Below are positions 21,540-46,444 of a stretch of 64,000 nt of DNA, in pieces; position 1 is the first letter of the stretch; every line of letters begins with the position of its first letter. The notes under the pieces were generated by a model. That model ran no database searches, was not told where the DNA came from, and saw nothing but the letters and a program-made list of their open reading frames with translations. Location: positions 2,124,259 to 2,188,258 of the forward strand of contig CAVNZM010000002.1 in the NCBI GenBank assembly GCA_963693365.1. The letters run 5' to 3'. The position numbers and the translations under genes were made by a program. This stretch comes from Amoebidium appalachense. Taxonomy: Eukaryota > Protista > Ichthyosporea.

Positions 21540-22069
21540 GGTTTCTGCAAGAAGAGAGTTCAAGTGTTTACGTGCGGTCGACCGGAGTCGAATGAGCTAG
21601 CTATATAGTCGAATGTGTTACAGAATGCTTTTGAACTGTTCGGTACTGCAGGCGGTCTGCGGACAAGCCAGTGAGCAATATATACGCAGTGTACCTCCTA
21701 GATCAAAATGCAGTAACCAATCGGAAGGACTGTTTAGGTTTAGGGAGAAGATCACCACAAAAGGCTTAGCCAAAGCCTATAGGTGGCCCCGCGGACCAGG
21801 AAATTTCTTGGAGAAAAGCGCATGACATATCTGCACTACAAAAGACTTTATGTATGTTGATAAAAATGATTTCCGAGTCCACGCGGTAAGCTATTTTTGA
21901 GTCGACTCTGACTTGAACTGCTGGGCGGCTGGCGAAGTGGGAATGCCCATTCGTTGTACCAATCAGACGCTAGGCAAGCACATTCCTAGAAGCATTCCTT
22001 CGCTTCTACCCCGTTGTGATTGGTCGATCTGCTTCATTTGGCGGGAAGCTATGATGACGATGGGCCACC

Positions 22070-22225
22070 TCTGGATATCCTTTTTTTTTTTTTTACCACC
22101 ACTAGACATCTATGCGCCCGATATGATAACGGTGAGGGAATATACCAAACAAATATCCCCCATGCCTGAGACTGGTCCTCTTGTGCCTTGAGTAAACAGC
22201 GTAAAAAACCTCTGGATATCTGCGC
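22070..22225 (+). repeat. Dispersed repeat family 2, degenerate copy
   Basis: gacatctatg..tgagggaata..cctgagactggt.ctct.tgcct.gagtaaacagcgtaaa is shared with 25424-25496 and 49105-49245. Confidence 0.65.
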
Positions 22226-23562
22226 TGAGGAGCTCGCTGCGCTGAGGCTCCTACTACAACATGTACGTACACTACTCAGCCTTGGCCATGCCACAGCCCC
22301 ATGCTCGAGCTCCGGCGCCCCCTAAGTTGCTGGATTCGTAGGCTCCTGCATGCCAGCAGAATAAACACCGTGGGCGGCAGCACATAGTACTGTAAGTGAC
22401 ATGACTTGGACTCTGCTACAGTGGAATTATTATTTATCAACTTAACTACAGACGCTTGATATCGATCAACAGACAGGATGAAGCATGGCACTCTCTGAGG
22501 ATGGTGCAGATGAAAGTATTGAACAGGAGCACTGAAACGTGCTGCACGCACTCAGTGTCATTGTCATGCAGTGGCAATTTGAGGCTGAGTGATCGTGAGA
22601 TATCGATCATGAAACACCGTCACTCGGATCCGGAGCTGCTCGAAGTCACGCATTTCAGTTATACATGTAGCCTAAGTTTAGTCACACGAGAGACTACGTA
22701 GAAAAAGTTAGAACCAAATGAATTCATACTCACCAGAGTTCAAAAATATATAATCGGGTAGTCGCTACACGTAACAACGTCACGAAACAGCACAAAACTG
22801 TGCATCAGAAGAGAACACTGAAACCGTCACCCGAACGTTGCAACACTGAGACTGCAAAACCGCCTTCAGTTCCAATTAGGATAACTTCAGCTAAGCGCTG
22901 TGACGTTGCTGCTCCGGGCTCCGGCTTCGGACATTCAAATCTTGAAAATTTTCAAGAACTTTCAAGCCTTTTTTTTATATACAGTACCCATCCAGCGATA
23001 GTTATCAACTGCTGGAAATGGAACTCGTAAGCATATCAATAAACGATATTGGTATGTCATGCTCGTGGTTATAGAAGTTTTTCTTCCATTCTATTTTTAC
23101 ATTTTGGCAGAAAGCAGCATCAATGGCTTGAACCCGATCGCAACGATTGGTTTCCCATGTCCACCAATCCGATTAAGCCATGCAGTTATTCACACATTTT
23201 TCGAATAAAAGTGGAATCCAAATATCTCGCTCTCTGTCCCAGTCAGTTTGAAGGCGAAAAAACACCACCATCTTGACTCACATTTCATCCCTTGTGCCCC
23301 TTGTGTTTGCTTCACTCCTTCTTTAGTATTTGAGGAGCCTTCCATACACTCTAATTATACTAACTGAGTCCATTCCGTGTCCTCACTGTATAATTTTAAA
23401 CAAGGGTGTCACAGTACACGTGTCATATCGTCTAGAGTAAGAATACACTTATTAGCGGACTAAGTCTGAACACGGTGCATGTTGACTTACCAAATAAGAT
23501 TAACTGCGGTAGTTCGCCCACCTGAGTAATCTTTGAAAAGAGGCTCGGCCTCGGCGGCCCAA

Positions 23563-23617
<55 letters not shown>

Positions 23618-23878
23618 TCCTCCTCCCCCTACATGCTGCGCCGGCGGGGTTAGGCTACTAATAATACCAAGAAATAAGGCCCCCACCCCTGCCCCTGCAA
23701 CCCCCCCCCCTCCCCCTCCTCCCCCCCCCCCCCCCCCCCCCATACCCCCCAAGTTTTTCATATTAAAAATATCCCCACCACTAAGCCCGGCGAGATTTAG
23801 CCAAATAATATGTTTTCCTCACCTCCTTCCCCCCTACCTCCCCTCCACTTCCTTCCCCCCCCCCCCCCCTCCCCCCCC

Positions 23879-23909
<31 letters not shown>

Positions 23910-24027
23910 ACACACACACCGCGGCACACACCGTTGAGGTCTTAAACCCGGCTGATTCCAGAAGGGTAATTACAGCTTCAACAAAAGATATCCGGTCCGA
24001 TGTTCTTAAACATGATCTGTGGTCCCG

Positions 24028-24078
<51 letters not shown>

Positions 24079-24391
24079 TGACCACCACCGCACTGCCCCT
24101 ACATTTCTTCAAACTCTTTAGGCCCACCACCAGTACATCTGGACTGCCACCCCTATATGATACCTGTTTCCCCGCTCAGTCCCCCTTCCCCCCCCCCCCC
24201 CCACCCCCCTCCCCCCCAAAGACCTCCGTGCACCTTCAAGTAGAGCTTGTGTGTGTGTCATGCACAGTGTACCTCGGAGGAGTGTGTGTGTGTGGGATGG
24301 GGGAGGGGACGGGGGGAGGGGGGAGGGGGGATGGTGACTGAAGTGAAGTGATGGGTGTGTGTGTGTGGGTGGCAGGTGGGTGGGTGGGGGT

Positions 24392-24434
<43 letters not shown>

Positions 24435-25287
24435 AGGGGGGAGACTGGGGGGCAAAGGGCCAGAAGTATATGTGCCGGGCGAGGAGGGAAGGGAAGAGGG
24501 CTGCAGGGGGGAGGGAAGGGGGAAGGGGGAGGAAAGGGGGTAGGGGGTAGGGGGAGTGCGCACGTGTGCGTGCGTTTGTGTGTGTATATGCGTGCACGTG
24601 TCATGTTTAGTTGTGCGCATGTGTGCATGTTTGTTTTTTTTGTGGTGAATAGTCAGAACTGTTAGAAAAGTCAGCATGTTCGAACTATGCTGATAGCTTT
24701 CTGTCAAATAGAAGAGAGCACGGTGCCCACGTTCGAGCGAGTGTACGTGTCTGTATGCGCACCGTGCTGTGCTACAGTGTGCCATTTTTCGAATGTACAT
24801 ATATGTGTCCTCCCCCCCCCCCCAAAAAAAAAAAAAAAAAAAAAACCCTTCCCGGGCCCCCACATCTTCCCCACATCCTCTCCCGCCTCCCCAGTTCTGG
24901 TTGAAGTACTAGTAAGTGTTTTCCCTTTTGGAGGACCGGGGGGAAGAGGGGGAAGGGGGGGGGGGGGGGAGAGGGGAAGGGCGGATCGATGTACGTTTTG
25001 CCCCCTGCTTCTTTGCAGGCTAGTGGTTCCTTCCTACCTTTATTCCTCCCCCCCCCCCCCCCCCCCCCTTCCTCCTACTCCCCCCTACTCCCCCGGCAAT
25101 GAAAACAACGGTACTTTATTAAGTCGTATGTGCTATATGATAAACATTACGAACCGAAAAGGTATGGTTTCTGACCAAAAAAAATTCCTCCCCCCCCCCC
25201 CCCCCTCCCTCCCTCCCACCCCCCCCCCCCCCCCCCAAAAAAAAAAAAAAAAAAAAAACGTTTTCAAAAGTTTTTGTGTTGTTTTTC

Positions 25288-25418
<131 letters not shown>

Positions 25419-25423
25419 CCTCC

Positions 25424-25495
25424 GGATATTCCGAGCAAAAACCCCCCCATACCTGACACTGGTTTCTCTTTGCCTCGAGTAAACAGCGTAAACCC

Positions 25496-25496
<1 letters not shown>
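25424..25496 (+). repeat. Dispersed repeat family 2 fragment embedded in (CT)n
   Basis: ggatattccgagcaaaaacccccccatacctgacactggtttctctttgcctcgagtaaacagcgtaaacccc is nearly identical to 49164-49239. Confidence 0.75.
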
Positions 25497-25565
<69 letters not shown>

Positions 25566-25619
25566 TCGTTGTATCATATGCACCACATCTTGTTCTATGG
25601 GGACAAGCAGCTCCTTCCT

Positions 25620-25658
<39 letters not shown>

Positions 25659-26800
25659 TCCCCCCCTCGAATAAGCAGGGCTTGATACAGTTTTTGTTCA
25701 ATGATATATGTCGGAATCATATAACTAGTTTTGATCATGGGATATTGCCAATTCGTTCGAATCTTCCATGAGAGTAACACAGTCATCCGCCCTTTGAGTG
25801 GCAGATCAAAACCACAGCCTTTGCACTTTCCGAGAAAGACTCCCCCACCTGCCCAACAGCTGCAATTTTCGCAGAGAACGCACACATCTGGAAAAGGATG
25901 GGGTGAGGGGTCGTAACGCGGTGGGTGTTATTGTAAGGACCGAGTTCAAAGTCCGGGGTTCTATAGTGATCTATGGGCATTAATGCAAATTCGTCAGTAT
26001 TCAGTTAATTTCTGATTCCCCCTTCAAATTTACCGTTACGCAAAGCGCCGGACGGCAGTGAAAACAACTTAAACCGAAGTCGACACTGACAGTCCGCGCG
26101 CGAACGGCGAGCCCCCTCAGACATCATGTAGTTTTAATTTTCCGTGTTTGTTCTTCAGGTTATGCCCAGGACCATCTAGAGTCTCTTGATGGCCGTGGGT
26201 TATGCCCCATTTAGTACTTTGCGCAGACATCAATCACCACCATTGTCCTGCTTCAATTTTGAGCTAAACTAGGGCTGGTATACTGTTCATCCGTGGCTCA
26301 TGCATGTCGAGCATGCGTGCAGGAGAAGCAAACGCTCAAGGCTGGTGATTTTGTTCGCAGTGCAGGGGTACAGTATACGTAGAGAACTGCCGAGATGAAG
26401 GTGTCTAACGTACGGGAAAAGGAGACGCACTTTGCCGGAATAAAATTCGCCCTATAAAACGTTATGCTTGCGCGGTAAGCAACAGGGTCTGCCAGACCAA
26501 AAGGTCTTCAGCATACTGCAGCCAGCGGTGCAGTGCCTGTGGCTTCCAGCACGCCGTATGAGTGGTGTGTGTGCATGCCTAGTGCTCGTGTAATGCGTTC
26601 AACAGCTTTAACATTGAGGGCTGCAGCTTCTTTCTTTGCGGTGCTACAAAACGAGGTGCCCTAGATCATGGAAGGCCACGTCTTTTTTCACCTATTCTCA
26701 GCTTTGCTGTGGCCGGAAAGGAACAAAGCCCACCGTAATCCAGATGCCCCAAACCAACTGCTTGTCGTAGTAGGGGTAAGGGGTAACCAGGCAAAAATAA

Positions 26801-27298
26801 CTATCTGAGCAGCTGTGTGACACTATGTGTGATATTCCGTATTTGTCTTCTCCCCCCCCCCCCCTCCCCCCCTCCCTCCCCGGGCACTCCCGGCCCCCGT
26901 TAGTCTCACACGGACGTGTTGGTGTTTGACTGTGCACTTCCGTCTGTGCGGGGTGTTACGTCTGTGTGTGGATACGGAGATGGTGTTCTCAGTTGCACGA
27001 CGGACAGTCACTATGATCATGGGCCCTTGGGGGTAAGATGATGGTGGTGTTACTACATAGTAAGTAGTGTGTGCTTGTGTATGGTGAAGGGGATGGGGAG
27101 GGGTTGTTAGTGAGCCTGGGCAAATTTGGAACAAACTTCCACCGTATTTGTGTGTGCTTGAAGGCCCGGAGGAGGGGGTGGAGGCGGGGGAGTCTCTTAC
27201 ACTTTTCTTCTGGTAGGCTGATGGTATCGTTGAATATGTTTAGCTTTGTCGTGAACTGTGGCGGGGATTGCGTATGTGTGTGTGTGGTGTGTGAGTGT

Positions 27299-27354
<56 letters not shown>

Positions 27355-27704
27355 ACGTTGAATGCAAATTAGAAGTACACATACACGCTGAGAAGCATGG
27401 TGCAGGACACATGCAAAGGCAAACACTCAAATGCAACATCAGCAATGCAAACAGTATGCATCAAAAGCAGAGCTCATCCTCAAGGGGGGGAGGGGGGAAG
27501 GGGGGGGGGGGGGGGGGGGGGGAGGGGGGAGGGACGAGGACGCATGTCCTTCAGAATCGGCTCTCATTAGGAGCCATATGCAGCAAACACCGTTGACAAT
27601 ATACCGGCTTTGTTTTTATTCGTTTAGCTAGTGTGTGTGTGCGTATGTGTAGGGTGGGGGGCAAAACAGCACATTTTCGGAAGCAGACGTTGAAATCCCC
27701 TCCC

Positions 27705-27749
<45 letters not shown>

Positions 27750-28446
27750 TGAATGCGGAACACGGTACGAAGTACGCATACACGAAGGACACATGCAAAG
27801 GCAAACATTCAAGTATGCAACATCAGCCATACGCACAGTATGCGTCATAAGCAGAGCCCATCCTCAGGGAGGGCCCAAGTTAACAATTGCGTCTGAGTTT
27901 CGACCCTTTAGCCCGCGTAAGTAGGGGGGGGGGAGGGGGGGGAATTAGAATGTGTTAGTGAGTATGATATATATGCACATTCAACACAGGAAAACCCCAC
28001 CACCCCCTGCTCGATAGTGTCGTGGTTGTCCCCCTTTCCAACCTTTCAAAGTCAACGGGTGCCCTGGGGGAGGGGGGGGGGGGGGGGAGGAGACACCCCT
28101 CCCCTTGTTCCCACCAACTTCTTACTTTCGTTCCGGTTAGAACTTCAACTTTTCTTAGAACAATGTCAGGGTGCTCACCAGGTATGTCTGTGTGTCTGTG
28201 CTTGTGTGTGACCATATTTGGTTGTGTGTATGTGTCAGTGCGTGTATTATGCTTGACAGAATGTGTGTACCACTATCACATTCAGACCTATAAGATAAAG
28301 ATGTGTTGTTTGTGTGTATGAACAACGTGTTGTGTGAACACAAGCAAGAAGGTGCACCAGTACGAGTGTATGTAGTGTGTGCTTGTACGGCGACACTGCG
28401 TGCATGTGGGTGAGCACTGAGAATGGGGGAGAGAGAGAGAGAGAGA

Positions 28447-28490
<44 letters not shown>

Positions 28491-28748
28491 GGGGGGCGAG
28501 AGAGAGAGAGAGAGAGAGATGATATGTGTACGTGTGTGTATGGAAGCATTTGAAACCATGTGCATTTGAAAAATTCACTTGCGTGTGCATTGAACCGTTC
28601 AAACTTGTGAGTGCATGCCAGCTATCGAGTGTGCTAGGCGTCTGCCTGTGTGTTATGGGCCCTGAAACACACGGTTGTGTGTCTTCCTTGGAGTGTGTAC
28701 GTGTACTTGTACGTGTATGTGTGTGTGAGTGTGAGTGTGTGTGTCCGC

Positions 28749-28779
<31 letters not shown>

Positions 28780-29222
28780 GTTGGATGCATGCTTGCACGC
28801 GTGTGCATCACTAGGAGAGGGGGAGAGGGAAAAACATTAACCCGGGGGGAAAGGGGGACGACATGGTGCAATAGAGAGAAAGAAGGAGAAAGTGTGCCAC
28901 GTTCGTGCGTGTCCATCACATGTGCCACATAGAAAATATCCTACCGTTGCAGTAAGCACGTCTGGATGTGTGCGTGTGCGCTTGTGTGTTGGCATGTGCA
29001 GGTGTCGTGTAAGTTGGGGGTGTAAGTGAAAGAAAGGAAGTGAAAGTCAGCAGGCCAGGGAGGAACGGCAGGGAGTCCGAGCACTAGCAGGATTGTGGAT
29101 TAAGGGCAAATGGGCAGGGGAGGATGAGGAGGCGGGAGGGGGGGAGGGGGAGGGGAGGAGGTTGGCTGTGTGTTTCGTAAACTAGCCCAAGTAGCCTAAA
29201 AAAAAAATCGCGCGCGCGTGCC

Positions 29223-29296
<74 letters not shown>

Positions 29297-29358
29297 ACGA
29301 ATGTTCAAAAAGGGGTGAACAAACTAAAGGACTTTCGGGTGCACATAAGTGTTTACAC

Positions 29359-29457
<99 letters not shown>

Positions 29458-30242
29458 TTGGGTGTGTCTTGTGTGTGTAGGTGTGTGTCTGTGTGTGTGT
29501 GTGTGTGTGTGCGTGTGTGTGTGCGTGTGTGTGTGTGCACGTGTTTGTGTGCACGTGCATACGTGTGGGTGAGTGTGTGCGCGCTTGTGTGTCACGGTGG
29601 GCGTTCCGTGTATCTTCATGTTGTCTGAGCAGTGATACATGGTGTCAGAGCAGTGATACATGGTGTTGAGATGCGAAATAGGGCAGGACCAGCAGTGCCG
29701 GCACTCTTGTGGGAAAAAACGTACAAAAAAGCTCTGGCATTCTTTATGTTTACAAAAAGAACGACGAACTTTGACGTAAATAAACCTGTGCTTGATTACT
29801 AAATTAGCTGATTTGTTGAGGCAAACACTTTGTAGACTATCTGAATAAAGAGGCAAATTTGCTCGATATGGTAATAACATGCATATGCTGATTGGCTGTG
29901 GACGCACTGTGGCCACCTGACATGTGACGTCACAGCTAGTATATAAAGGTCTGACGCGGGACGCTGCGCTCCAAACCAAAAACTTAGGGTGAGACTTCGG
30001 GTTTTTTCCGGTGTTCAAAGTAATTGCAGGGCAAAAGAAGTGAACGTAGGAAAAGACGGGATATCTGGGAAACTGAGTGTGTTTTCGTTCGCTTACTAGC
30101 CTGCTAGGAATCTACAAGACCGAGCTCTTTGATGCTGTTTAGTTTCTTGCAGTTGAAACTTGAACGGTGCAGTGTTATCCAACTCTTCAATTCCAGTCTC
30201 TCGAAGTTCAATGATAGTTGGTGGCCAAGAAAACGTCCACAT
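26801..30242 (-). CDS. Possible spliced gene of unknown function, head-to-head with TyrRS (partial model)
   Basis: Candidate exons 28187-28126 and 27255-27201 both have CAG acceptors and GTAAGA donors. With 27025-26976 and 26812-26801 they read DIPGEHPDIVLRKVEVLTGTKFTTKLNIFNDTISLPEEKWPMIIVTVRRATENTISLLR*. A candidate first exon 30242-30097 (MWTFSWPPTIIELRETGIEELDN...) has a GTAAGC donor. The middle exons are unresolved. Confidence 0.35.
27358..27919 (-). repeat. Two family-1 copies on the minus strand (~27358-27484 and 27748-27919)
   Basis: Reverse complement of the family-1 3' part (tttgaatgcggaacacggtacgaagtacgc...gagcccatcctcagggagggcccaagt...gtctgagtttcgaccc). Flanked by poly-G. Confidence 0.85.
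29888..29947 (+). promoter_or_regulatory. Possible Pol II promoter cluster: inverted CCAAT, CRE palindrome, TATA box
   Basis: ATTGG at 29891-29895, TGTGACGTCACA at 29923-29934 and TATATAAA at 29940-29947, about 460 bp upstream of the TyrRS ATG. It could instead lie in an intron of the divergent gene. Confidence 0.3.
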
Positions 30243-30404
30243 CTACAAACAAGCCTACTAGAACCATAAATCTAAAGCATTTTACAAACATTCAAAACTA
30301 GTAGCTCTGGTTGTTTTTGCCCCTCGGCTTTTTGTTTTCTTGAACCATCGTAGCAGGAGCTTACCGATCTTTCCTACAGGGCCCGCTGTGGTCAGAACGT
30401 AAAC

Positions 30405-41814
<11,410 letters not shown>

Positions 41815-42148
41815 AGCCGTCCAATTACTGCTGAATTTTGACCGGGAGGCAATGTGCTTTGTTGGATGTCACGTGATATGCCCATATTAGGTCATGTGGC
41901 ATAAAAAGATAGAGTAGGGTGGGCGGCGGTGGTAGGCATATTATCATATAATGTACCCAAGGGGTGCTGTTGACTGTCTGGTTAGTTTGATTTGATGATT
42001 GGGAAGGAAGGGGCCAGCATCTAGAAATCATAATTGCATTCGGACGCGAGTGTTGTACACTCAAATGTCAATAAACATATTACCGAGGCCTCCATCGGGA
42101 ACCACATTGGGAATCTTGCACCCCCCCGCCCACCCACCCCCCCCCCCT

Positions 42149-42182
<34 letters not shown>

Positions 42183-42599
42183 ACCACCACCACCACCACC
42201 ACCACCACCACCACCACCACCACCGCGGGGGGGGGGGGGGGGGGGGGGGGCATGCGCATGCGCATGTCATGCTGCACGCGGCCGGACCAGGCCTCTGGCT
42301 ATTGTAAGTACGGGCAAGCAAAATGGTATCCGATGCAGGCAGTGAGCATGCACGTACGACCATTATGTAAGGAAACGCAGCAAAGTCGTTTTTGCGAAAG
42401 GGGGCCCTACATAAACCTCCTCCCCTTCAACCCTCCCCCCTCCCCCCCGGGGCCCCCCCCCAAAGCCCCGTCCCCCGCCCCCCACCCCTCCCCTTCCCCC
42501 CCCCTCCCCAGCACACACACACACACGTACACACTACATGTACACACACACGTATCATACCGCCCACACTACCCCAGAGAACTCTTGAGTTCGGGGGCT

Positions 42600-42630
<31 letters not shown>

Positions 42631-43422
42631 AGGGGAGGGGGGGGGGGGGTTGCAGAAACTCTATGAAGGACCTCAATTTAAAGGGTTTCCTAGGCCTCCG
42701 GGGAAACAGCTAAACGACGAGATGAAATAATGACAATAACTTGTATTTTCAATGATATGTATTGCCTGGATCTGCAGCATTCATTAAATGTCCGTACATG
42801 CCCTTTGAGTGAGTCGTGTCGACTTGAAATAATATCATTTACAGTACAAGAGTGACAACAAACATGTACGAGCTTGAAACACGGCCAATGACCTATCCCA
42901 TGAGCTCCGTGCTACGTAAATCTTAAGTGCATAATATCGTGCTTGAAAGCTGCTACGTAGCATGCCATTCCATATTATGTGTATACACACACATACGAGC
43001 TATGTTGACCTTACTCAACCATGATAATGAACCGCTAAGTCATGAACACCGAGCCTGTATCTAACGTTGTTTTGTGGTATTCAAGTGATGCCATGAGCTG
43101 GCTCAGAGTCCCAAAACGAACACGAAACCACAGAGACTTCAACCAGTTGGCCCGGCGGGACGGGGCTCGGAACGGGTACAAAAGGACACCATGTCAACTG
43201 CTCGGGCTCATTAGGTTGCAGTCACATTGTCGCCAAAAGATCGCAAAAGAACCTTGAAACCAACACTACTGTCAAGAATTTGACGTTGGTGGTATCCCCA
43301 CCACGGAGTACAACAGACATATCATACTGTAGCCGGAATAAAAAATTACACAGTGTGGAAGGGAAACTAAGTTGAAAAGCACTTAGTCCAGAATATCTTG
43401 AATTCCACCACTACGTTTTACG

Positions 43423-44214
43423 ATGTCATCCAACAAAACTCAATGCCCGCCTTTCATGGCCAACATCATGTCTCTGTACAGGCCCAGCACAACAGCCACA
43501 CTCCATTTCGAGGCTGAGCGACAGCAGGATGGAGAAGTTCCCACACTGCAAGCACCGCTCAGCCTACTTTGCAAAATCTCTCCTGTCTTCAAAGCCATGT
43601 TTTCGTCTCCTATGATTGAGGGGACCACTCACACCGTCAAAATCGAAAAGACAACACGGAAAGAGTTTGAGCTATTTTTGGAGGTGGCTACTTTTGTTGA
43701 GATGTTCACACAGGGTACTGCGCGGTTAACCCCGTATGCAATATCTAGCTGCATTCCAAAAAACGACATGCAGGCTGTTCTAACCCTTGCAAAGTATTAC
43801 CAGTGTGACAAGGTCATACACAAACTACGGGACTATGTTGAGGATCAAGCAATGAAGAACCCAAAGGACGTGATAGATTATGTTGCTGCCTTCCACGATG
43901 CAGAATCTGATGTACTAGGCCCGGGGGATGCCTTAATTGGTGGCCCTCACGTATGGTCGGATGCAGTCATCATCGCTATCGCCGAGCATGCTTTTGATCT
44001 TAGAAGAGGTAGCTCAGATGTTTATACCATAGACCATTATGATTATGCCTCAGGCATGCATGGGTATGCCGTTTGTGGAAAGGTTGGAGGTAGAAGGTAC
44101 TTTCGCAACAACTCGGCAAAAGCAACACTTCGGCACATGCCTGCCGATGTACTGGTAAGAGTGATGGAAAAGCACATGAACGAGACCGACGTTTACTGTT
44201 GTAAAACAAAATAA
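43423..44214 (+). CDS. BTB/POZ domain protein (263 aa, intronless)
   Basis: LLCKISPVFKAMFSSPMIEG..VKIE....EFELFLE and VLTLAKYYQCDKV are BTB signatures. Complete ORF from ATG to TAA in microsatellite-free sequence. Confidence 0.85.
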   Translation: MSSNKTQCPPFMANIMSLYRPSTTATLHFEAERQQDGEVPTLQAPLSLLCKISPVFKAMFSSPMIEGTTHTVKIEKTTRKEFELFLEVATFVEMFTQGTARLTPYAISSCIPKNDMQAVLTLAKYYQCDKVIHKLRDYVEDQAMKNPKDVIDYVAAFHDAESDVLGPGDALIGGPHVWSDAVIIAIAEHAFDLRRGSSDVYTIDHYDYASGMHGYAVCGKVGGRRYFRNNSAKATLRHMPADVLVRVMEKHMNETDVYCCKTK

Positions 44215-44697
44215 TGTTATACACTATATGCTCTGCATGGCCAGGCCAGCTCCTGAGTCAGATACGGCGTACGGGTCCGGGATCGGTCTAGGCCTGTTGG
44301 CAACTCAGGCTATCATTATAGCCAAGTGACGTCCACCACCACGGTTCAACTTGTCAACGAGTGGCCCCTGCCCCGGGGCACATGCATACAGTACATACTG
44401 TGGCACTGGAGAAACCTGCGACCTGGACGGCCATGCAACGGATTATTGATAATAATTATAGGCTTTTCTTAAGCCTTAGAATCACATATATATCAGTGTA
44501 CATGTGGTATACTAATTATTACTACTACGCAGAGCTGCAACCGTGTACATACATACCGTCGCAAAAACGCTTCTCTGCGCCTTTTCACCCTTGGAAACTT
44601 TACCATGCCGCCTTTTGAGTCAATGTATATATGGTACCAGAGGCTCAGCAAAATGGTAACAATAATTCCTTAAGCTTTTCCCGGAATCTTCGCATCC

Positions 44698-44733
<36 letters not shown>

Positions 44734-45307
44734 ACCCACCCCCCCCTCCCCTTCCCCCCGCCACGGGCCGGCCGGCCCACCCCCATCAAAAACCACCACC
44801 ACCAAATAAATCGATCCCCTTTTTGATGCTTATTGATTTGATGGCATTGCGGCCTGTGGGATATACTGGGGAGCCGCTGCAAGGTAGAAGATTCTGAATC
44901 AAGTTATTAAGTTTAACCTGTGCTCAGATAATATTCCCCCATGGCCATTAGTTACCTGCTACTGTTGTCCAGCAGTTGAAAATTAAGGGATGCATGTCAA
45001 GGAGGTAGAAATGGAAGCGGGAGTGAGGGGGGAGGCCTAGGGGGGGGGGGGGGGGGGGGGGCAAAGATGACGGGGAGGAGAGGAGGCGGGGGAGGGTCCC
45101 CCGGGGGAGGGGGGGGGATGAAGGGGATGGGAAAGAAAAAAGTGAACATGTGTGACAAGCCTTACCGGGAGTGGAGAGGTTTCGGACTTACTCTATGTAG
45201 CAGGTAGTAGAGAACAGGGAACAATTGCAAATTACTATACGGATCAAATGTACGTACGTGGATGCTTAACTTTGTTAAGTATGTGGGCTATGTGGGTTAA
45301 TAAGTGC

Positions 45308-45350
<43 letters not shown>

Positions 45351-45377
45351 GTTACATGTACACGTATGTGTGCGTGC

Positions 45378-45434
<57 letters not shown>

Positions 45435-45524
45435 TGGGTGTGCTCTGTGTGTGTATGTGTGTGCGCGCGCGTGAAGCGCGCGGCGTGCGGTGTACGCGCT
45501 TGTATTCTGTGTGTTGTGTGTACA

Positions 45525-45585
<61 letters not shown>

Positions 45586-45734
45586 ATAGCACTGTATGTA
45601 TGTGTGTGTGTGTGTGTGTGTATGTGTGTGTGTGTGTGTGTGCGTGTTTTGTGTGTGTTTGTGTGTGTGTGCGTGTGCGTGTGTGTGTGCGTGCGTGTGT
45701 GCGCGCATGTGTGTGTGCATGTGTGCGTGCGTGC

Positions 45735-45807
<73 letters not shown>

Positions 45808-45940
45808 CGCGCGCCGTGCGCGCATGCCGCGCGCGGCGTGCAGCTTACATGCTTGTATTCTGTGTGTTGTGTGTACATGTGTCTTTGTGTGTGTGGACAT
45901 GTGCGTGTGTGTGTTTATGTGTGTGTGTGTGTGTGCACAG

Positions 45941-45983
<43 letters not shown>

Positions 45984-46064
45984 CGTGCGTGCGTGTGTGT
46001 GTGTGCGTGTTTTATGTGTTTGTGTGTGTCCGTGTGTGTGTGTGTGTTTGTGCGTGTGTGTGTG

Positions 46065-46130
<66 letters not shown>

Positions 46131-46215
46131 ACATGCATGCGTGTGTGTGCGTGTGTGTGCGTGTGTGTGTGTGTGTGTACATGTGTACGTGCACGTGTGT
46201 GTGTGTGTGTGTGTG
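45308..46215. repeat. Compound (GT)n/(GC)n microsatellite block, ~900 bp (representative of many in the window)
   Basis: Near-continuous GT dinucleotide repeat with duplicated interruptions. Comparable (CA)n blocks occur at ~8440-8780, 20490-21160, 52820-53010 and 55138-55312. (CT)n at 25290-25413 and (GA)n at 50508-50630. Confidence 0.95.
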
Positions 46216-46319
46216 GACATGTGTGTTGTGTTTGTTTAGTCTCTTTTTCTTATTATCCCCCTCATCCTCCTTTTTTTTTCCAGTGTGGTGGTGGCGGTTG
46301 TGAGTGGGTGGGGAGGGAT

Positions 46320-46357
<38 letters not shown>

Positions 46358-46444
46358 GGGGGGGAAGAGGCAGAGAGAGGGGGAGCTGACTGAGGGGGAT
46401 TCGGGCCCGGCCGGCCCGGCCCTTGGGAAATGAGAACACCATGA

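Noticed and set aside
23400-24030. AT-rich islands between poly-C runs resembling decayed retroelement coding sequence
   Set aside because: Short, stop-interrupted frames with no identifiable RT or endonuclease motif.
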